DNA of 42,971 nucleotides from a virus. A program made the translations under genes and the position numbers. The notes beneath the pieces were generated by a model. The model was given only the letters and a program-made list of their open reading frames with translations, was not told the origin of the DNA and ran no database searches. Below are positions 34,901 to 42,971 of this stretch, piece by piece; positions within the stretch are counted from its first letter, which is position 1; each line of letters starts with the position of its first letter. The stretch spans positions 1 through 42,971 of IMG/VR virus record IMGVR_UViG_3300030397_000229; one strand, 5' to 3'.

Positions 34901-36327
34901 GCCCAGGCTATGAGGCTGTCAATGAGCTACAGTCTGGTACAGCTGGGGTGTACAGCGATGTAGACAAGATGCTTGTCCTTGCTGACATAGCCCCCTTCTC
35001 CTCAGCCTTCTATCACTTCCAAAAGAAGGTGGAGCAGAAGAGTCTTGACCCAAGATGGGCTCGCAAGGTAGAGCTAGCCTTAGAGCAGAGACAGACTAAG
35101 ATCAATAAGTTCCAGTTTGAGATGGAGACACCTCAAGAGGCAGCGACACGTGCCAATGCCAACCCCTTAGAGCGCAGTATCCGAGGGGCCTGGGACTTCA
35201 CACACGACAACGTCTTAAGGGAGCTACCCATTGTAGGTAGTAAGTTCTTCCCACACACTAACCCTGTTGACAAGTATATCAAGACCAGAGTAGAGGGTGA
35301 GACGTTTGCAGACTGGAACCGTCCATTAGAGACGATAGTCAGGCCCACATTCTATGATATAGCCGGTGAGGACCCAGCTACTGGTATACTCAAAGGAGCA
35401 TCTCTTGGCGCTCTTATGTCTATAGGTGTAGGTAAGTACATGAACCCCTTCAGAGTAGTGGCTAACGATCCAGCTCTAGCTATAGTTGGTGGAGCAGCAG
35501 CTGGTGGTGCAGCCTCCTCTGCTAGAATGATAGCTACTGGTCAGCTACAAGGTGGCTTTGTTCCTGCCCATGTAGAGAGAGAGCGAGAGGTGCAGACATA
35601 CTTTGACTTCCTGAAGTACGAGAAGTACCGCAGACTACAGGGTATGGCTTACGATGCCAGTCAGTTAGACCTGGCCCAGAAGTTCCAGAACCAGGCAAAG
35701 CGCACAGTGGCCTATGGCATGGCTGACTTCGAGGCTACAGGGGACATAGCTGCCTATCAGATGGCCCTCAGTAGATTCGATAGGCCATACTTTGAGGCCT
35801 TCCTGAAGATACCTGAGCAGGACAGAGAGCGCGTGCTTGATGTAGTCCCTGACCATATGGCTATGGTCTTACAGGGTGCCTGGGGCAGACAAGGTAAGTC
35901 AGGTGGTGGAAATAGTAAGGCAGGGTTCCAAGGTGCTGACGAGGCCGCTGAAGACTACTTTGATAGCCATCCACGTCCTGATGGCGATTGGCTAGGCTGG
36001 CATCCATCAGTACCTGATGCTGCTGTCCAGATAAAGCTTATACAGAACAATATATTTGGTGTCTCTGACAATATACATAGGTTCGGGTTCTATCCTGCCC
36101 AGGAGAGAGAAGCTGATATGCGCTTCCCAAGCCTGGAGTACCCCAAGGATATCAGGGGTGAGCCCGAAGATTGGCTGAAGAGGATGTTCCAGCTAGGTCT
36201 TACTGGTCCTATGAACTACAGTAGGATCTCTCTGGGTACAGGACCAGATCTAAACATCTTTAATGGCGTATTCCACGACCATAGACGGGACGACGTATTC
36301 ACCTTCTACAACGATATGTATAGATAA
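31987..36327 (+). CDS. Tape-measure-locus protein 1 (1446 aa) with membrane segments
   Basis: Directly after the chaperones; several Gly/Ala-rich hydrophobic helices; Trp/Tyr/Pro-rich central block (VPIKKARWW..PFSG...DPY..RPYP). Confidence 0.7.
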   Translation: MPDLPDRLHEFDAQLARERREDASDAAWLGGLMVIGAGAYALGRKGKVNVFAELLDKAGRSARFLGHLSNKGVRRPVFQPETSDLLYQALRIPRDAGGEALQRGLAGGRLENVDLVRDLGNAIAILQDPRNHSNVQEMTRLFREHFRNLPTTRGRATPSGFHHELHPLTFDQVLERSSDWIDTVASSAMPTRTAGGKTKPLSIGIVEKALEMEWITRETIVDSNLFVSMGRKPGRLIDTRILRPRQLMSQISDIFDPFGIVNASKALFGSAQNVAVIGPARGGKGRRLFLGGDVYDIFDRGLKKTHTGQTLGTVGDIRHLPAALREAQFDRKLRDLYHEVPHDTLLGRLADKTGVGRRFHDKRGIGFAWAANVLKRVRGVGSGEAVFFARDFKYKENSVLGLLLGAQHPEVVAKAATREIVEGKYAGKAFMEAKDLPWWDRVKAYMGISDDITVVKSEARKKARISKDDLYADYGKGGIKSIETPIRTRAEAEGATGVSLMGQLDFTERSPFYTTSGFLADKAYDFANYLTIRLNSLASSSLLGIGFRPSGNAAANVGRLASIPAIYYTAFEGLRYTDYVMEEATGISPIESAATLYTKARVAQQQAREFTGIQQTAEYAEENIFPGLSVGFLGTVASATLGLALLGKTGSRKIAGLGFASIYGAIGGPEVSQPAEELEEIYAGDRKVPIKKARWWLLGYQPFSGEEIDHYSPSWYQKLKNKPWQRNVAGSEAAYWRDASFLPTPHNFFGVRMLVDPYALERSQYHRRPYPMTSAMFEEVPIIGPILADTVGEIIKPRRERMPDEAVATATSFISQKGVPADAAQRLGIPDIPGQLIDMNRPDILRDRLQKYANVALEPTGIWKFALETFGVKFDDEYKMADAGNMASISRQFYGANLGGLFGQTEFIRRFLMSDYGSPSQMNAQINPLANSLPSWLPGSRSQFENDRDFFVDFTRGDAYTKISGGEYRLPGPGYEAVNELQSGTAGVYSDVDKMLVLADIAPFSSAFYHFQKKVEQKSLDPRWARKVELALEQRQTKINKFQFEMETPQEAATRANANPLERSIRGAWDFTHDNVLRELPIVGSKFFPHTNPVDKYIKTRVEGETFADWNRPLETIVRPTFYDIAGEDPATGILKGASLGALMSIGVGKYMNPFRVVANDPALAIVGGAAAGGAASSARMIATGQLQGGFVPAHVEREREVQTYFDFLKYEKYRRLQGMAYDASQLDLAQKFQNQAKRTVAYGMADFEATGDIAAYQMALSRFDRPYFEAFLKIPEQDRERVLDVVPDHMAMVLQGAWGRQGKSGGGNSKAGFQGADEAAEDYFDSHPRPDGDWLGWHPSVPDAAVQIKLIQNNIFGVSDNIHRFGFYPAQEREADMRFPSLEYPKDIRGEPEDWLKRMFQLGLTGPMNYSRISLGTGPDLNIFNGVFHDHRRDDVFTFYNDMYR

Positions 36328-39300
36328 TGGCGGACTCTGATCTCATCAAGGGCTTAAGAGAGGTGCATGCCTCCATACATGACAAGGTGTTTAAGAGCAC
36401 CATGTCAGGTCCTTCTGTAGATACAGTCAATACCTATTTCTCTCAGATAGGTATGTCCAACATAGTGGCTGGACAAGACACTATAGGTGATGAGGCCATT
36501 ATAGGTGAGACGCTAGCCAAGACCAAGATCACTGGTGTCCACAGTAAGCAGGTATCGTATAGCACAGCAGGAGTTAAGTCAGGCTCTGCTAGATTCTATT
36601 CGCAGGCTGGGCCTGTATCTGGTGTACTAAACCAGCTTAACGTCGCAGCGCAGGGCACTCAAAGTGTGTCATTCTTCTACGATACATACCTCCAGGGCAA
36701 CCTGTCATTGTCACAGGGTGTGGTACCAGGCGGAAGAAAGGCTCAAGTCCCTGTCAAGGCTATGCTTCAGAGGTTCTTCTCTGAGATACCCTTTGAGGAC
36801 AGCAGGCTTGAGACCGTCATGGGCTCTATCCAGCGTGCTCAAGAGGCAGGACAGGCACAGCCAGGCACAGGTATGGGCTACCTTGCTAAAGCTGTGCAGA
36901 TGGCAGGTGGTGGTAGACTAGACAACCCCAATGCTCTTGAGGCTATATTCAATGCTGCATACCTACGCTCTCTAGATAGAGGGCCTATGGGTCTGCAAAG
37001 CTTTAAGCAGTTTCTCTCTAACTTCGGTGTAGAGGGTCTAGCAGGCACAGAGCAGAGTATATGGCGTACCACTGACCCGTTTGGTATAGAGAAGCTAGCA
37101 GGTCAGAAGCCTAGCACCAAGTCTTATGCCAGCTATGTGGCTACTGAGGCAGGCAGCAATAGATTCCTGGGTAACGTAGAGAAGGTATACGGTCAGAGAT
37201 ATAGACGTGCCCTCGAAGATGTAGTCAGGTGGTCCTTCTCTAACGCAGGTGACTCTGTAGCATTTGCCATGAATGAGGCAGGTGCTATCTTCATGGGTCG
37301 CCACGGTGTCTTCTCATCCTTTGAGGCTCTGCCTGCACAGTTCCTAGATGACCCAATAGGTGTGTCGAGAGCAGGCATGCCATCTGGTGTGGTCAACATA
37401 GGTGGTCAGCTTAGACAGGGACGTCCTATGTGGGGCCCGAATGGTCCTACGTCATACGCAGAGATGGCTCTGGGTGAGTTCAGTGAAGGTCTAACGCAGA
37501 GAGGAGGCCTTACATCCAGTAATGCACCAGTAGCTATACACGCAGCAGCCAAGCGTATGCGTACTGCTGGGCCACTACAAGATGCACTTGACAATGTAGT
37601 ATCTAGAGGTCAGTTCGGATTCTACTCTGCTATGTTCGGTCAGGGCTCTATGATGACCCAGACCAATAACCTGGCTCTATTTAATGAAGAGCTAAGAAAC
37701 CTATACAACAAGGTTAGAAGAGGTCAGAGTACGGCAGGTGCAGATAGTGCTATGATGAGAGCACTCGGTACCGCTATTGACACCATGCAGAGCACCTTCC
37801 CAGGTGTAGAGATAGCCCCTGAGTTCCTCACCTCTGTCAAGCAGGACGTAGCCAAGGGCAATCTAGTGCCCACCACACTCCTCAGACACTTCTTCCTGCC
37901 TGATAGCACCCTAGGTGAGCGTGAAGTAGCCAAGGGTCTACACCAGGTCAGAGGTATGCTGGAGGTATTCCGCACCTCTGAGCTCACAGGTATAGGTGCA
38001 GTCAACGCTAGCCTAGGTATAGGCAACAGAGCTGCTACCCTAGGTATGATGTCAGGAGACTATGCAGCTGCCAAGGCTCTCGGTAGAGTATATGGGCCTG
38101 GCTCTGCTATTAGCAACCTGACTGGCATGAAGGGAATGGGTGGCTTTGCACCCACAACACTCCACTCACTATATGCTGTAGTCAATGCTCCTAACGCATC
38201 ATTCAGAACAGGGCTGTTCGGTGATGCTGGCGCATTCATGACCCCTGCTGGTAAGCAGGCATTTGGAACTACGTTTGCTCCTGGCCTACAGCATGAGACC
38301 TTTATGAACAGGTCTAAGGCTCTTGCGTACCTTAGAGGGCTGGCTGGCAAGAATATAAACACTCCTGAGTGGGCTGAGTTCATCGGCAAAGTAGAAGAAG
38401 GTATCACAGGTAGAGGTCCCTTCACTCCGTCTAAGCCACTACCTATCGATCCCACAGCTAGAGTGCCTGGGCTGCGTAGTGGTATAACACACCTGACCAG
38501 CATCACACCCAGCTCTTCACCTGGCTTCCAGGAAGCACACGTCAAGTTTAACTTTGGCTCCACACAGCAGAGAGGATTCCTTGAGGGTCTGTTCAACAGA
38601 GTATCTAGATTCACAGCACGCTCAGCCTCACAAGGACACCTAGAGAGAACATTCGGTGGCCTAGCGTCAGCAGCTCACTTTATTATGGAGGCTGACACCT
38701 TCAATGCTGCTATCTCTCAAGAGAATGTGTTCATGCATCGCATTGGCCTTCTCTCTACTAGACCACAAGGCTCTACTACAGAGTTCTTAGAACACTACCA
38801 GAAGTTTGGTGGTAAGGGGCTTATAGAGACACAAGAAGGTGTAATAGTACCTGACCCAGATTCATTCAACTTCGCTAACTTCAGGAAGGCATCTACTGGC
38901 TCCCTGATGAAGATGGGCTTCAGCCGTGGCCAGATAAGGGGTATGTACAACACCCTTGGCGGCGTACCTGGCATGGCTTCTCTTCTTGGTCAATCTGAGA
39001 TGCAGGGTGACCTCAGTAGACTGCAGACAGGTGCTAATAAGATTATGTCCTCCGTGGGTGCCCACACAAGACTGTTCTTTGGCGCCTTCAGTCATAGATT
39101 TGATGCCACCAGTGATATACTATCACAACAGAAGGCCTTCAAAGTTAGACTAGAGTCTCTGGCTAATATGGCTCAGGGTATACAAGAGCTGTACGGCATG
39201 CCTGCATCTAAGCATCCAGGCTTTGCTCTAATGGCTGATACCCTGACACGTAGAACAGGTATACAGCTGGCTATAGATAACTCTGGCTGGGTGGACATCA

Positions 39301-41672
39301 ATGCCTTTGTAAAGAGCATGCCTACTGAGATGATGGCTCCATTTGCTCCTATGGCAGAGGGAGAAAACCTTAGAAGCTGGGCAGCAGGCAAGGGTATAGA
39401 TATACTAACCCCACAAGAGGTTGCAGCCAAGTATGACGATGCCTCTCTTACCACACTAAGGTCTGGTAAGATGGAGTTTGAGAATGCCATGACCACCAAG
39501 CTACTTGCTGGTGATCGCAAGGGGTTCTACATCGACACCATGGACACCAGAATTATACCTGGTGTGACTCAGGACTTCTCTGAGGAGGCTCTTAAGTTCC
39601 AGACTAGGTATGTCTATGTACCAGGAGCTGAGTTCCTGCGTAGGCATCTGAAGGGTGCTGAGGGTCTACCAGCTCAGCCATTCAAAGGCAGTCTTGTAGA
39701 GGGTGTGCTAGGCCTGGTCGAGTCTATAAGATATGGTGACAGAGAGAAGCCACAGAACCTAGGCTCAGTGGATGACTATGTAGCTCAGATGTATAAGGGT
39801 TTCATAGGCTGGGGTGGTCGTGAAGGTGCACTGAGAGAGACTATGACATCTGCTAGAATGAAGATGTCAGCTCGTGGTCGTATAGTACAGCAGCCCATGT
39901 CAGTGGCTTTAGCTGCAGCTGATGGTGTAATCGCTGGCAAGGTACGTGGCAGTGTATATGAAGTAGGTATATCTGAGGGCACACTGAGTCAGATGTTCTT
40001 TGGTGAGCAGAGACCTACACCTAGAACGCGTGCACAGTTCACTCAGCTAGTCAACAGACTACGTGGTCAGGGCAAGCCTATATATGGTATGCTCTCACCC
40101 AACCCAACACACGGTGCTGGTCACTTCCCAATAGTCAAGTTCAAGCTCGATGACACGCTTAAGTTCGTGGGTGCTCATGAGAATGGCTTCTCTATGAGTA
40201 ACTTCCTTGCATGGACTCTTAACAGAGACATGGACAAGGATGTCATCGAAGCCTTTATGTTCGAAGGTCCTAACGCAGACCGATTGAAGAACCTCGGAGT
40301 GATGGGACGCATCGCTGAGGGTATGGATGAGTTGTTCCAAAAGCAACGTCAACAGCATGCTCTTATGCATCAGGCATGGCAGAAGGGTACACAGGATGCC
40401 TTCGTCAGGCTAAATGAGATTACTGACCGCGCTGTAGAAGAGGGCATAGGTGGCTCAGAACATCTTCGTAGGCTGTCAGCTTACTATGGGTTCGGCAACC
40501 TACCTCCTGTGGCCTTCATGCCCAACTACCCAGTGCAGTCATTTCACTCTGTCCTGGCCTCACCCATCAAGGGACCTGATGATCTCAAGAGAATAGCCAA
40601 CAGCCTGAACAGAAATGCCAGCTCCATCGATGTCATGTTCGATGCTAAGGACGTGGCGGAGCTACGCAAGCTCATGAAGGTAGGTGGTATGGAAGCTGGA
40701 CAGGTCTGGGGTCATGCGTCATTACTCCAGAGAAACATATTCCAGGCTCCTATCACCAAGGGCAACAAGCATCTCAACACACTGTTAGAAGACTTCATAG
40801 ATATACGCTCTGAGATACAGAAGGGTATGACACCTGAAGAGGCTATCAATGTAGGTGTCCAGAAGGCTCGCAGGTTCTTTGAGAGATTCATGCAGGTTGA
40901 GGAGGCTGGCAATGTAGAGCTGTCCAACCTTTCTAAGCTCAAGATAGATGCTGGTGGTATATATGATGGGCTAACTAATAATGAGATCCTAGAGAAGGTG
41001 TCTCAGATAGCTGGTCGTACTCAGGCTGTAGCTGCATATGCTATGGCAAGACATGATGCTCAGTTCGGCAACAAGATACACGATGCCATGGGCGGCCCCA
41101 GAGGTAGGCTGGACAGAATAGTCGAGTTTATGTTCCCTGGTAAGCGTATCAGTCTGTGGTCAGAGAAGATGGCAGCAGAGAATGCAGAGGGTATGTCCGC
41201 TGGTGCTGAGCAAGCGATCAAGGGTGGCTCCTCTCAGGTACTCGACGCCACTACCAACTTCCTCAAGAAGAACTGGAAGGGACTAGGTATAGCTGCTGGT
41301 GTCGTTGTAGGCGCAAGAGCTGCTATGAATCTGACTACACCTAGCGCCCTAGCACCACAAGCACCCCTACCTCCCTTCCCAAATATAGGGATGCAGCCTC
41401 TAGGGGCTATACCACAGCTAGGTCAGCAGTTCGGTCTCGTCATGCCAGCTCAGGGACACTTCGGCCTCACCAATGTAGGAGGAACCTTTAACTCGGTAAA
41501 TAGTAAAGAGATAGACTCTAAGATGGACTCCAGTATGAGCTCCTTTGGCAACGCAGTATCTAATGTCAATATAAGGGACTCACGTAGGTATACTAGCAAC
41601 TGGGAGATGCAGAACATAGCTTCCAGGCGTGGTAACAGCGACTTCATACACGAATATGGCACTTACTTTTAA
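36327..41672 (+). CDS. Tape-measure-locus protein 2 (1781 aa): putative single-chain two-barrel virion RNA polymerase with a C-terminal membrane helix
   Basis: Four beta'-DPBB segments in the correct order: GREGALRETMTSARMKMSARGRIV, YEVGISEGTLSQMF, MLSPNPTH and LNRDMDKD. Weaker beta-DPBB-like segments lie upstream. Confidence 0.75.
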   Translation: MADSDLIKGLREVHASIHDKVFKSTMSGPSVDTVNTYFSQIGMSNIVAGQDTIGDEAIIGETLAKTKITGVHSKQVSYSTAGVKSGSARFYSQAGPVSGVLNQLNVAAQGTQSVSFFYDTYLQGNLSLSQGVVPGGRKAQVPVKAMLQRFFSEIPFEDSRLETVMGSIQRAQEAGQAQPGTGMGYLAKAVQMAGGGRLDNPNALEAIFNAAYLRSLDRGPMGLQSFKQFLSNFGVEGLAGTEQSIWRTTDPFGIEKLAGQKPSTKSYASYVATEAGSNRFLGNVEKVYGQRYRRALEDVVRWSFSNAGDSVAFAMNEAGAIFMGRHGVFSSFEALPAQFLDDPIGVSRAGMPSGVVNIGGQLRQGRPMWGPNGPTSYAEMALGEFSEGLTQRGGLTSSNAPVAIHAAAKRMRTAGPLQDALDNVVSRGQFGFYSAMFGQGSMMTQTNNLALFNEELRNLYNKVRRGQSTAGADSAMMRALGTAIDTMQSTFPGVEIAPEFLTSVKQDVAKGNLVPTTLLRHFFLPDSTLGEREVAKGLHQVRGMLEVFRTSELTGIGAVNASLGIGNRAATLGMMSGDYAAAKALGRVYGPGSAISNLTGMKGMGGFAPTTLHSLYAVVNAPNASFRTGLFGDAGAFMTPAGKQAFGTTFAPGLQHETFMNRSKALAYLRGLAGKNINTPEWAEFIGKVEEGITGRGPFTPSKPLPIDPTARVPGLRSGITHLTSITPSSSPGFQEAHVKFNFGSTQQRGFLEGLFNRVSRFTARSASQGHLERTFGGLASAAHFIMEADTFNAAISQENVFMHRIGLLSTRPQGSTTEFLEHYQKFGGKGLIETQEGVIVPDPDSFNFANFRKASTGSLMKMGFSRGQIRGMYNTLGGVPGMASLLGQSEMQGDLSRLQTGANKIMSSVGAHTRLFFGAFSHRFDATSDILSQQKAFKVRLESLANMAQGIQELYGMPASKHPGFALMADTLTRRTGIQLAIDNSGWVDINAFVKSMPTEMMAPFAPMAEGENLRSWAAGKGIDILTPQEVAAKYDDASLTTLRSGKMEFENAMTTKLLAGDRKGFYIDTMDTRIIPGVTQDFSEEALKFQTRYVYVPGAEFLRRHLKGAEGLPAQPFKGSLVEGVLGLVESIRYGDREKPQNLGSVDDYVAQMYKGFIGWGGREGALRETMTSARMKMSARGRIVQQPMSVALAAADGVIAGKVRGSVYEVGISEGTLSQMFFGEQRPTPRTRAQFTQLVNRLRGQGKPIYGMLSPNPTHGAGHFPIVKFKLDDTLKFVGAHENGFSMSNFLAWTLNRDMDKDVIEAFMFEGPNADRLKNLGVMGRIAEGMDELFQKQRQQHALMHQAWQKGTQDAFVRLNEITDRAVEEGIGGSEHLRRLSAYYGFGNLPPVAFMPNYPVQSFHSVLASPIKGPDDLKRIANSLNRNASSIDVMFDAKDVAELRKLMKVGGMEAGQVWGHASLLQRNIFQAPITKGNKHLNTLLEDFIDIRSEIQKGMTPEEAINVGVQKARRFFERFMQVEEAGNVELSNLSKLKIDAGGIYDGLTNNEILEKVSQIAGRTQAVAAYAMARHDAQFGNKIHDAMGGPRGRLDRIVEFMFPGKRISLWSEKMAAENAEGMSAGAEQAIKGGSSQVLDATTNFLKKNWKGLGIAAGVVVGARAAMNLTTPSALAPQAPLPPFPNIGMQPLGAIPQLGQQFGLVMPAQGHFGLTNVGGTFNSVNSKEIDSKMDSSMSSFGNAVSNVNIRDSRRYTSNWEMQNIASRRGNSDFIHEYGTYF

Positions 41673-42971
41673 TGACGAGACAGTAAACCAGGCGTATGCC
41701 CTGTATGTCGCTGCCAGAAATGAGTACTGGCGCGTGCACGGTATATTCTCATCTCTTAATAGCAGTGATCCACAGTATGCCGCTGCAGTTCAGGCAAAGA
41801 ATGAGGCCTTCAGCGATATGTTGGACAAGCAGCTAGCATATAACCATGCTAGGTTTAATGCCACTGACAAGCAAGCGTCAGAGGTATTCGCCCCCAGCCT
41901 GTTAGGCGGTAGACCTGAGCATTGGGATGCAGTCCCGTTCTTCTCAGGGCCAGGCCAGCAGAGGAGTGCTAAGATCAGATCAGGCAGTGCACACAAGTCC
42001 AATACAGATCTACTGGGTCTAACAGATATAGACGATCTGAAGACCACATATAATAAGCATATATACACATCGCCTAACGCATCTCCTGACGGTACACGCC
42101 TCAAGCTAGGCCCGATGACCTACGGTGCTGAGGTTCAAAGCATTAGGATACTAGAGGAGAAAGCAATACGAGCCATACGTGGTGTTCGTAGTGCGTCAGA
42201 CTTCCTCAGTGATGACGGTATAGGAGAAGCCGACGTCCTTATCTCTATGATCTTCTCAGGGCAGGAGCACATAGAGCAGGCGCTCTATCCTCTGATAGCC
42301 CTATTCAGACTATCACCTATCACCTCAGTACAGAATGATGTCATACGTGGTGCACTATATACTGAGTTCACAGAGAATGCAGTAGAACCGCCTGACCGTA
42401 CACTGGTAGAGCAGTTCAGAAACAGAACTATAATAGAAGCTCACAACCTTAGAAAGAACCATATACTGACTGTTCTGGGTCTACCACCTGGCACAGCTAT
42501 TACTCAGGCGATATTTGACAAGGCCCAGGACCTAGGAGCCATCCCAGGGCCCACAGAGCTCACGTATCAGGAGTTCTTGGGTGAAGCCCAGGGTGAGTCC
42601 AGATATCTCACCACCCCCATAGACGAGCTTAGAGCGTCTGACACGGTGGATGGTGCTGATAGGCTCAACCCGCACTTTGATCTGAACAAGAGAATTGACA
42701 GGACAGGGCATGTGCCCATGGCCTTCTTGGGTATGGAAGTTAAGACACACCCAGAATTGCCTGACTCGCTGCTTGTAGATATATTTATGAAGCGTGTCAA
42801 CGTAGGTAACTATCTAAACCAGTTCCTACAGTACCGCACAATCAACAATACACCCACACCTGATGCACGCGAAGCCTTCTGGCTTAACAGGGCTGTCGAT
42901 ATATATATTGAGAGGTTCTTGCCTAGGACGTTTACAGACTTACAGAGCTTCGGCAAGACAGTCATCAAATA
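41656..42971 (+). CDS. Large tail/baseplate-region protein, 3'-truncated (MALTFNDETVNQAY...)
   Basis: Read by hand: ATG 41656 overlaps the upstream stop and the frame stays open to the window end; missing from the track because it has no stop codon. Confidence 0.85.
   Translation, partial: MALTFNDETVNQAYALYVAARNEYWRVHGIFSSLNSSDPQYAAAVQAKNEAFSDMLDKQLAYNHARFNATDKQASEVFAPSLLGGRPEHWDAVPFFSGPGQQRSAKIRSGSAHKSNTDLLGLTDIDDLKTTYNKHIYTSPNASPDGTRLKLGPMTYGAEVQSIRILEEKAIRAIRGVRSASDFLSDDGIGEADVLISMIFSGQEHIEQALYPLIALFRLSPITSVQNDVIRGALYTEFTENAVEPPDRTLVEQFRNRTIIEAHNLRKNHILTVLGLPPGTAITQAIFDKAQDLGAIPGPTELTYQEFLGEAQGESRYLTTPIDELRASDTVDGADRLNPHFDLNKRIDRTGHVPMAFLGMEVKTHPELPDSLLVDIFMKRVNVGNYLNQFLQYRTINNTPTPDAREAFWLNRAVDIYIERFLPRTFTDLQSFGKTVIK

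Noticed and set aside
5418-42800. Numerous minus-strand ORFs of 60-208 aa within the late region
   Set aside because: All lie opposite long, motif-bearing plus-strand genes; they are Ser/Pro-rich shadow translations without SDs.
4002-42971. Stop-codon reassignment (TAG or TGA recoding), suggested by the many TAG triplets
   Set aside because: Genes tile densely and intact under the standard code, up to 1781 aa. TAG triplets are mostly out of frame, and TAG ends a few genes right at the next gene's start.

Overview
A 43-kb piece of a large tailed bacteriophage genome with a contractile tail, read in the standard genetic code. Bases 1-3807 hold a minus-strand cluster of small, probably early genes, with structured intergenic DNA and a ~530-bp non-coding control region. 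After a divergent AT-rich junction at ~3810-4000, the plus strand carries one long late/morphogenesis run. In order: small genes, probable terminase small subunit, a membrane-tailed DEDDh exonuclease, two Gly-rich membrane proteins, an HTH-metallophosphoesterase, terminase large subunit, a SAM methyltransferase, portal with a MuF-like tail, prohead protease/scaffold, decoration protein, major capsid protein, neck proteins, sheath, three tube-fold genes, chaperones and two giant tape-measure-locus proteins. The main finding is in the 1781-aa protein at 36327-41672. It contains, in register, the signature segments of a two-barrel (beta'-type, probably also beta-type) RNA polymerase, with an unusual DMDKD active-site motif and a C-terminal membrane helix. 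It is a candidate virion-ejected, membrane-anchored single-chain RNA polymerase in a myovirus. All protein calls come from motif recognition by eye and gene order; no database search or folding program was run, and the host cannot be determined from this window.
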